Assembly (NCBI RefSeq): GCF_016433145.1
Contig: NC_058130.1
Span: 687,753,965-687,811,326, forward strand
Reading direction: 5' to 3'
Length of the DNA: 57,362 bases
Source of the DNA: Gracilinanus agilis
Lineage: Eukaryota
Program-made: the position numbers and the translations under genes
Shown: piece by piece, positions 48,455 to 57,362 of the stretch
Layout of the letters: each line of letters opens with the position of its first letter
How positions within the stretch are numbered: the first letter of the stretch is position 1
Notes under the pieces: model-generated
What the model was told of the DNA's origin: nothing
What the model saw: the letters and a program-made list of their open reading frames with translations, nothing else
Databases searched by the model: none

Positions 48455-48715
48455 TTTGTCTTTGTTCAATCTTTCAATCATGTCTGACTCTTCATGACTT
48501 CATTTGGGGTTTTCTTGGCAAAGACACTGGAGTGGTTTGCCATTTCTTTCTCCAGTTGACTTTACAGATGAGGAAACAAATACAAATAGAATTGAATTAC
48601 TTTACCCAAGAACACACAGGCAGGAAGTGTCTGAAACCAGATTTGAACTCACCAAGATGAGTCTTCCTGACTCCAAGTCTGATACTCTATCCACTGCATC
48701 CCATAGCTGCCCTGT
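48455..48715 (-). mobile_element. MAR1 SINE
   Basis: catttggggttttcttggcaaagacactggagtggtttgccatttc...aagatgagtcttcctgactcc. Confidence 0.9.
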
Positions 48716-49341
48716 AAATATATGAGAGAAAATGAAACTTTTCCCCCACAATTCACTGGGAAACATATTATGAACTGCAAAATACCATAGAAATGTGATA
48801 TTTTAAAATTACTTTTGCCCTATTCTTTCATTTTTCTGATGAGGAAACCAAAGCAACAGAGTAGAAGTGATTTATCAAATGTCACCCAGCCATTGAGCAA
48901 CCAAGTTGTGACCTCCATAACAGTATCTCAGGACAGAGAGTGACTTCAGACGGAATCCTCTGCCAGCAGAACATGCCCCAAGAGCTTTTTCTCAGTTCCC
49001 CCAGGAGATAAAGAGCAGGGTAAAATTTAGAGCTTCTTGAGATTTGGGACAAGACTGGGCATACAACAGAATGTTTCAGACGGGGGCCCTTCGCTGTGAC
49101 AGGTGTGACGGAGAGAGATACCAGCTGGCCAAAACTGACACAAGGCAGGAGAGAGGAAGCAGGAAGCAGTGGGTGGCTGCTGTTTTTATGACATTTTCTT
49201 CATGAAGTTTTGCTTAATTATTCTCCGATTTTGCTTCTCTGTGTTCCAGCTTGGAGTTTGCCTTTGTCACTGCTGGAGATGTTATATGCCATGTATTAGC
49301 TTATCCCTGATGGGCTCATGCAGAAAGACTTTATATTTGTA

Positions 49342-49363
49342 AGAGAGAGAGAGAGAGAGAGAG

Positions 49364-49412
<49 letters not shown>
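49342..49412. repeat. (GA)n microsatellite
   Basis: Direct observation, one interruption. Confidence 0.95.
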
Positions 49413-49416
<4 letters not shown>

Positions 49417-50296
49417 TCATGTTCCTGCTCTATATCTCTTTGAAATCAGAAGACCCAGGGTTCAATCCTGCATCTGGTATTTCCCCACTGTCATATGATG
49501 GGAAATCACATCAATTTATTCATCTATATAATGGGGATAATAATATCTACACCATGTCTGCTGGGCTTTGGAAAGCTGAAAGGGATAAGAAGTGGGAACT
49601 CTGATTTCATTGATGTAGGTCACTCCCAGATGAGAGAACTCCCTCCACCAATATTATCCTGGCAGTTTCTCAGCAGCTTTTGGTCTTAGAGAATTTCCTA
49701 GTTGGTTGACTTTTCCAAAGTCACGTAGCCAGGATTTTGAGTCTACGACTCCCCAATTCCAAGACCCTCTCTTAAATCACTACACCATACTGCCTATCAC
49801 TAAAAACATTGCATTAATGTAATTTGTTACCACCAGTATCATTTGTTAAAATGAATTCCTTTTCAGGTTCAGGTTAGACTTGATGGTATCTAAAGTGAGA
49901 CTCTGTGATTAATATGTGTATCAATCTGTGCCAAAATGGACTCATATTCATGTTTCTCAAACTTGTTTATCTCTCTTATATCCAATTTTCTGTTGGTGGC
50001 ATAACCAAACTCATTCACTCCCACTCAAATCCACAATTTTCTTCCATTCATTTCCCTCCCTTGGTCCTCATTCTTGACAATTGCTCATTTCTTTTGAGAC
50101 TGAACCCACAATTGATGTTATTTTCAGAATAGATACTGTCTTTAAAGCATCAATCATATCTGCTCCTTTATTACGATATCCTACTACCTGATATTCCTAA
50201 TTGTCTTCAGGTCATTACCTTTTCATGATAGAATTTTTTTTAATTTTTAAAACATGATAGAATTCAGTCTTTTCCCTTTATCAACCTATTATATGA

Positions 50297-50515
50297 GGTG
50301 GGTCAGTGGATAGAGGGCCAAGCCTGGAGTCATCTTCCTGGGTTCAAATCTGCCCTCAAACACTTGCTAGGTGACCCAAGGCAAATCACTTAATCCTATT
50401 TGCCTCAGTTTCCTCTTCTTTAAAATGAGCTATAGAAGAAATGGTAAACCATTCCAGTATCTATGCCAAGAAAATCTGAAACGGGGTCATGAAGAATTGG
50501 AGTCTGAACAACTAA
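50297..50515 (+). mobile_element. MAR1 SINE
   Basis: ggagtcatcttcctgggttcaaatc...gaagaaatggtaaaccattccagtatctatgccaagaaaa...gggtcatgaagaattgg. Confidence 0.9.
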
Positions 50516-50696
50516 AGATTAGATAAAGCATTCATTAAGTGTTTACTATGTGCCAGATGCTAGATGAAGCAATGGGAATGTAAACAAAAAAAAGCAAGAC
50601 GAAAGGGAGCAGCTTGAAGGAGATTGCCTTCAATATGGGCAAAGACCATACATAAAAAAGAGCTGAAAAACAAGGCAGCCAGGACAAAAAATGCTC

Positions 50697-50945
50697 TCCA
50701 CCTACAGAGAGAGAATTGATGCACTCTTGAGTGCAGATTGAAGTCTTTTTTCACTTTATTTTTCTTGCTTTTTTTTGCAACATGACTAATATGAAAATGG
50801 GTTTTGCATGACTTCACATGTATAATGGGTATCATTATACAAGCAATAGCTTGCCTTCTCAATGAGTAAGGGAGGGGTTGTAGGGAAGAGGAGAATCTGG
50901 GAGTCCAAATTAAAAAAAATGAATGTAAAAGAAAAGAAAAAAATA
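50697..50945 (+). mobile_element. L1 3' UTR fragment
   Basis: gagtgcagattgaagtcttttttcactttatt...gcaacatgactaatatgaaaatg...A-rich end. Confidence 0.85.
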
Positions 50946-51747
50946 GAAAGAAAACAAGGTGGGAAGTTATGAGAGTCAATCAGAAGCTGACCCAGGTTAG
51001 AAGAGATCATGGTGGACACAAGTATCTCCTCAATTAGTTTCTAAAGAGATCACCAACTGGAGGTGTTTCCAGTGGGAGAAGGCTGCTGGGGTGGAGGTGG
51101 GAAAGTCTTGAGTCAGGAATAAATGTAGCCACTCATATTCTTCCTAGGCTCCTCTCTCAAGTTTATGAGATTGTTCATTCATTTTTCCATAAAAATTAAA
51201 TGACTTCCAACTCAGTTTTTCTGCAATATCCTGTGTGCATGACCTTCTCGATTCTTCTCTCTCTGATTGGGTTTATGTCTTGGCATTGACTCAACTACTA
51301 TCTTGCTTTTTATTATTTTTTAATTCCAGGGCTAGTAATACAGCCATCTTAATAGTACCATTAGTACCATTTGACCATTAGTAATTCACCCCATGCTACA
51401 TAGCAGAGAGGGAAGGCACTCACTGCTAGAAACTTTTGTTACATCTTAGGTAAACGAGAATAATAAAGTCCAATTCAACTGCCTTACTTCAGACCTTCTT
51501 AGTCATTTCAAGCTATCCTATATATTGCTTCCAAAATGTAACCCATGTCAGAACCTGACCTTTAACAACATGGACAAGCTTCAATTTGTGACAAGGTATA
51601 GAGGATGTTTTTTTTTTTTTTTTTTAACAATAAAGGTGTATGCCTCTAACCAGGGTCTTCCTTAGGAACATCAACACTTGCTTGTATCTTGAAAAAGCTT
51701 CTTAACTCCCATTAAGTATTCATAATATGAACAAGGATACTAAACAT

Positions 51748-52203
51748 GGGACTAGGTGGCACAATAGTTAGAGCACTGGGCCTAGAATTAGGAAAACTCA
51801 TCTTCATGAGTTCAAATCCAGTCTCAGACACTTGCATTGTGATCCTGGGCTAACCGCTTAACTTTGTTTGTCTAGACCAGTGATTCCCAAAGTGGGCGCT
51901 ATCGCCCCCTGGTGGGTGCTGCAGCGATCCAGGATGGCGATGATGGCCACAGGTGCATTTGTCTTTCCTATTAATTACTATTAACATTTTTTTAAAAATT
52001 GATTTCCAGGGGGCTAAGTAATATTTTTCTGGAAAGGGAGTGGTAGGCCAAAAAAAATTTGGGAACCACTGGTATAGACTCTAGTTCTTCATCTATCAAA
52101 TGAGCTGTAGAAGGAAATGGCAAACCACTCTAGTATCTTTGCCAAGAAAATCCCAAATGGGGTTATGAAAAGTTAGACATGACTAAAATGACTGCAAAAT
52201 AAC
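51748..52203 (+). mobile_element. MAR1 SINE split by a hAT MITE
   Basis: Head ctaggtggcacaatag...catcttcatgagttcaaatcc and tail gaaggaaatggcaaaccactctagtatctttgccaagaaaa flank the MITE. Confidence 0.9.
51878..52071. mobile_element. 194-bp hAT (Charlie-type) MITE
   Basis: 14-bp TIRs CAGTGATTCCCAAA / TTTGGGAACCACTG (13/14). 8-bp TSD gtctagac (51870-51877) / gtatagac (52072-52079), the NTCTAGAN-type target typical of Charlie elements. Confidence 0.95.
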
Positions 52204-52349
52204 TAAACCTAGAAAGATTATTTTATTTAGAAATAGGCTTATTGAACTCTGAGTTATATTTGTAACCATTGACTACCATCTCCTCCTACATATTCTTTCT
52301 TCTCTAATTTTTTTTTGTAATCTTTTTCTCTATGGAATGTAACAGATAG

Positions 52350-52830
52350 AATTTTGGACATGGAATTGGGAAGAACTAAGTTCTCTTCCTACCTCAGACA
52401 CTTAAAAACCTTGTAAGGAACAAGGCACCTATTTTTCTTTCCATTTCAATTTTCTTCATTTGCACAATAAGGATAATAAAAATGCCTCTTTTGGGGATTG
52501 TTGTGAAGATCAAATTAGGTAATATATGTAAAGCATTTCCCAAATGTTAAAGTGTTATATAAGAGAAGGGGGGGAGGAAAGTGATGAGAATTTTTATATT
52601 GACTACTAGGTGCCAGGCATGGTGCTAAGCACTTTTCCAAATGTCTCATTTAATGCTTACAATAATCTTACAAGGTAGGTGCTATTATTAATCCCAGATT
52701 ACTGTTGAAGAAAATGAGGCAAGCAGCAGTTAAATAACTTGTACAGGATTACATAATTAGTAAGTGAGGCTAGATTTGAGTGAGATTCAGGTGAAATGCT
52801 CTATCCCCTGAGCAACTAGCTGCCTCTGTA
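52350..52830. mobile_element. Two MIR SINEs (plus, then minus)
   Basis: ggattgttgtgaagatcaaattagg...; ctactaggtgccaggcatggtgctaagcactt...gaagaaaatgaggcaag. Confidence 0.8.
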
Positions 52831-53109
52831 CCAAAAGCTGTCTATCTATTCTCATTACCATCATCATCATAATTTTCATTATGTTATTATTGCTGCTAAT
52901 ATTATTGGTTCCTTACTTGTCCTGAGTCCTTTTCTTTTTCTAAACTCTTTCATAATAATTTCACTTTATTATCATCTCTATGCTTATGAAATGAAATTAT
53001 TAAGAATTAAGAAAATTGTTGATATGGCCCCAGTGTCGAAAAGAGAAACATGGATGTTTTTGGGGCCATATCAACAACTGCTTACTAGATATATCAGACT
53101 AGATGGCAT

Positions 53110-53810
53110 TTTTTTTTCCTACTCCCTCCACCTACCACCAATATTTCCCTCTACTGAACTTTCCTATATCTGTCAAGGGTTCCATTATTCTTCCATCTCT
53201 CCAGGTTATGAATTTTGTTCTCCCTTACCACACATATCCAAATGAGTAACCAAATTTTGCCATTTCTACCTTTATAACATCTCTCACATTCAACTCTTTC
53301 TCTGATTTCACATTATTACCACTTTAATTCAGGCTCTTATTGTCTCTGATCTGGACTGTTACTATAGACCTTCTGCCTCCAGGCTCTTCCCCTTTCACAC
53401 TTCAAACCATCCTCTATTAAATTGCCAAAGTGATTTCCCTTAGGTGCATATATGACCATGTCACCCTTCTACTCAATAAACTTCAATGGCCCCATATTCT
53501 CTTAAACATAAAACATAAACTCTTCAATTTGGTTTTTATAGCTCTTCACAACTTGGCACCAATGTATTTTTCCAGCCTCATTATACATGGCTCCCCTTCC
53601 CACATGTTATGGTCCAGTTGAACTTGCCTTTTCTCTCTTCTTTAGACATTTCACTTAATCTCCCATCTTGATGTTTTTACAATCACCACCCCTATGCCTG
53701 GAATGCATTCCCTATACATCCCTTCAGGGTACAATCTAAGTACCACTTTCCATTCAATGTCTTTTCTGATTCCACCAGCTACCACCCTCTCCCCTTGTAA
53801 ATGCCTTTAT
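53110..53810 (+). mobile_element. L2 fragment
   Basis: ccacatatccaaatgag-like start...ccatgtcacccttctactcaataaacttcaatggcccc...tatgcctggaatgcattccc. Confidence 0.85.
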
Positions 53811-54439
53811 TTAGGACAAAAACACAAAAACACATGCACATGGGTTCACTGGCATGGGGAATATTTGGGTGAAGAATTAATTAAAAGTTTAATGCCTACT
53901 CTTCAATCTATAGTCTTAAAGAGTTGCTAGAAATTACATTAGAAATTTAAGTTACTTCTTTACCACACACAGGACAGGTCAGAAGTAGGAACTGTTTGCT
54001 CCTTACCCTCTGGAGAGCGTATATGGCTCCAGAAGTTAGAAATATCTCTTAACTTTGGCTTGCTTAAACATTACTCCTTCCTCTTCCTGGCTGCATAGCC
54101 TCCCTGTCTCTGCCAGGTGGCATCCCCAAGTTCCTTTTATCAGTAGCCAATCTCACTCTCACATGATATAGAAACTACCACTCAGTAGTTTTGGTTCATG
54201 TGCCTTTGGGCATTTCTGAAACAGGAAAAGGGACAAGGAAGAAGGTGGCAAAGGAGGAACATGCATTCTCTCCCCCTATCAGTATAGGGCCAATACAAAT
54301 TGATTCTCTCTAAGGAGAACAATCATCAAAACACTGTCCTGCTGAAAAATGTTGAATGGCACCCTATTTAGCTAACAAAGAAAGCCTAAATTTCTTTGGC
54401 TACTATTCATGACCCTCTATCTTTGTTACATTAATCTAC

Positions 54440-56230
54440 TTTTCTGCCATTATTACTCAATAATCCAAGTATCTATGAAACGGGCACTATATTAGTCACT
54501 AGGAATATAAGAAGAGGTAAATGACAGTTTCTGCCCTCAAGGAGATCAGTCTATTGAGGGAGACAATGTGCAAATATTTATAAATCAAGATATATAGATA
54601 TAGATATAGATATACAGGACAAATAAATAGAGGAAAGACAATGAAATTAAGAGGGGTCAGGGTTCCCTGTGAAAAATGAGATTTTAATTGTAATTTAAAG
54701 GAATGTGGGTTTTAAAATTTTGTGATTGAGGAAACTGCATCACCCAGCATGCCCTAAGGGTCCCTCCCCCTTACTTCCTGGAGTGGGATTAGACTTGAAT
54801 GGATTTATCCCATGCTGGGGGAGGGACCACACCCCCTACTTCCTGGTGTGGGATTGGTCTTGAACTGGACCAATCCCATGGTAGGGAGGAGCTATTTCTC
54901 CCCCCACACACACACTTCTAGGCACACAATTCGTCTATATAAGGATCAGTCTCACACCAAGGAGGGTACTTTGAATATTTAAAAACCCACAGGAAGCCAG
55001 GAAATTTGTTAGGCAGAGTTCAGGATGGAGAGCATTCTAGGCATAGGCACCAGCCACAGAAAATGACCAGAGCTGAGAACAGAGTTTCTGATCATGGAAC
55101 AACCTCAGGAGTCCAGTGGCTCTGTGTGTATGGATTGGGAAGTAAAGTGTAATAAGACTGAAAAGGTAGGAGGCAGGTTGTGAAGACTTTGAATGCCAAA
55201 CAGCATTTTAATATGGTCCTGGAGGTGATAAAGAGTACTTTTATTGAGTTTTATTGAAATTTATTGAGTAGTGGGAGGGAGAGGATGACATGATCAGGTT
55301 TGTGGTTTAGAAAAATCATTCTCAATGGCTGGGGGAAGAATTAATTGATATGAAGAGAGACTTGAGTTAGGCAGACCCACCAGGAAGCTATTTCAATAGA
55401 CAAGGAGCAAAGTGATGAAGGTCTGTACCAGAGTGGTGGTAGTGGGAGAGAAGAAAAGGGGGCATATTTGAGAGATAATCCAAAGGTAAATTTAATAGAT
55501 CTTGGCAACAAATTGAAGATGAGGGATGAGAGATAGTAAGGAATTCCTAGGATTTAAATTTGAAGGACTAGGAGCCACTATAGCAATTAGAGAAGGTGGG
55601 AGGTGGGTTTAGAGGGTTTAGAGGGAAAGATAATGAGTTTTGTTTTGGTCATGTTGAGGTTCAGATATCTACTGGACATCCATCTTGTTATGTCTGAAAG
55701 GCACTTAGAGATGCAAGACTGGAGGTCAGCAGAGAGGTCAAGACAGAGGTAGATTTGAGACTTATCAGCATAGAAGTGATAATTAGATCAATGGAACTAA
55801 TGTGACCACTGTGTAGAGTTGTATAGATGGAAAAGAGAAGAGGGTCTAGGAAAGAAGCCAATGAGACACCAACAGTTTGAAAGAATGATCCGGATGAGTT
55901 TTCAGTAAAGGAGACCAAGAAGACATTAGATAGGAAGGAAGGAAAAACAAGCAAGAGTGATGATCCAAAAGCCTAGAGAGAAGAAAGTATCAGGGAAGAG
56001 ATGATCAACAGTGTCATAGGTCACAGAATGGTCAAAGAGAATAAGAATTGAGAATTTTTTCTTGATTTGGCAACCAAGAACTAATTGGTAACTTTGGGGA
56101 GAACAGTTATGGTGAAATGATAAGATTAGAAACCAAATTTTAAAGGTTTAAGAAGAGAATGAGTAAGAGGAGAGAAAGTGGAGATACCTATTGCATTTTG
56201 AGGGGTTTAGCTACTAAAGGTAGAATATAT
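54440..56230 (-). mobile_element. L2 LINE, long antisense fragment containing a 288-bp insertion
   Basis: gacagtttctgccctcaagg...gaagactttgaatgccaaacag...gactggaggtcagcagagagg...tttggcaaccaagaac. Confidence 0.9.
54704..54991. mobile_element. 288-bp TG...CA element with 4-bp TSD (short solo LTR-like)
   Basis: Termini TGTGGGTTTTAAAA / TTTAAAAACCCACA (inverted). GGAA duplicated at 54700-54703 and 54992-54995. The flanks rejoin as continuous L2. Confidence 0.85.
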
Positions 56231-57299
56231 ATAGGATTACAATTAGTAGGGATGGCACTTTTCCTGTTTCCAGTGCTATTTGCCCTGATTCTTTCTGTCC
56301 TGATTATTCTCTCTCTCTGTTTCCTTTCCATCCCTGGGCACCAGAATGCCACCATCATAATTTGCACTTCTGGCTAGCTCCAACCTCAATGTCTAGAGAC
56401 TTCTTTGTTTGTATTCTTAAGCTGCTCTTGGCTGGAAAAATGACTCGATGTGACTTTTCCCCAGTTTTCCTGATCAATATTTGGTCTGGCTCATTTTCTA
56501 TGTTGTTGTGAAAGAGGTGTGTTGGGAGAGTTAACAATGTTTTTTTCTCACTCTGCCATCTTGACTATCTCTGCCAATATATTTCCTATTCTTCATTTTT
56601 AAAATAACAATAGTTTATATATATATATACATATATATATGCATGCACATATGTGTGTGTTTATATAAAACACTTTATAAGAGGCAACATGGCAAAGTAA
56701 AGAGTTGGCCATGAAGCCACGAATTAAAATGCAAGTCCTCTGATATATCCTGACTATGTAACTATGGGCAAGTCACTTAAACTCTAGAGGCTCTAATAAA
56801 CTCTCTAAGACTATAAAATGCAGATTAGATGTCAACCTCCCTTGGTAAATGGAGTTTACACATCCAGGTTTTCCCTACACAAATGAAATCATGTCCTTTT
56901 ACACATTTTATCTCTTGTGATCCTCCTAATCTTTAAAAGAGGTGCTAAAAGTATGATTAGCTTCACTTTACAGGTAAAAATTTGACCTCAGAAAAACCAA
57001 ATATCTCACCCAAGTTCCACAGGTAGTAAGGAGAAAGGATTAATCTTCTCATTAAGCCCAAGGCAGTTTCTAGTACAGCATGCTCTTTCTCAGTGCTTAA
57101 TTCAATCCAGCAAAAGGTCTCATGCTTTGCAAGTGCTTAATGAATACTTGTTAAATTAATTTGTGCTTTATGTGTGATAATTGAAGCCTATCTGTATGTA
57201 GCATTACAACATAGTCAATCTGAACTATGCACTATATGTGAAAGGAGGATATACTTAGCAAAGTTATGTATGGGGAAAGGAAGAAAGATCTCACTTATG

Positions 57300-57303
<4 letters not shown>

Positions 57304-57362
<59 letters not shown>
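57304..57362. repeat. (TA)n microsatellite running to the window end
   Basis: Direct observation. Confidence 0.95.

Noticed and set aside
50560-51019. 139-aa and 77-aa minus-strand ORFs
   Set aside because: Antisense of an L1 3' UTR and L2 tail.
1-57362. CRISPR array, rRNA, snRNA/snoRNA, miRNA hairpin, Rsx-like repeat lncRNA or ERV internal genes
   Set aside because: No regularly spaced repeats, conserved RNA motifs, long tandem 12-mer arrays or gag/pol/env motifs were seen.

Overview
AT-rich, transposon-dense, non-coding vertebrate DNA. The SINE families (SINE1_Mdo-type, MAR1, RTE-derived SINEs, MIR/MIR3) and marsupial-type L1/L2 point to a marsupial, most likely a didelphid opossum such as Monodelphis. 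I recognise no protein-coding gene, RNA gene or CRISPR array. The ORF-track ORFs are chance, low-complexity or TE-derived. The window reads as a long intron or intergenic region holding a layered TE record. LINEs: L1, L2, CR1/L3, RTE, a rare R4/Dong fossil and an ORF1-only HAL1-type element. DNA transposons: hAT fossils (Charlie transposase, MER63-like, MER113-like) and a young 194-bp hAT MITE nested in a MAR1 SINE. LTRs: several solo-LTR-like elements, one with an exact 4-bp target duplication. TE-free islands carry enhancer-like motif clusters, isolated splice-signal-flanked candidate exons and one recursive-splice-like AG|GT site. All family names come from recalled consensus similarity and manual translation, not database searches. 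Most TE boundaries are approximate unless a TSD or TIR is given. I did not find convincing evidence of a novel biological system.
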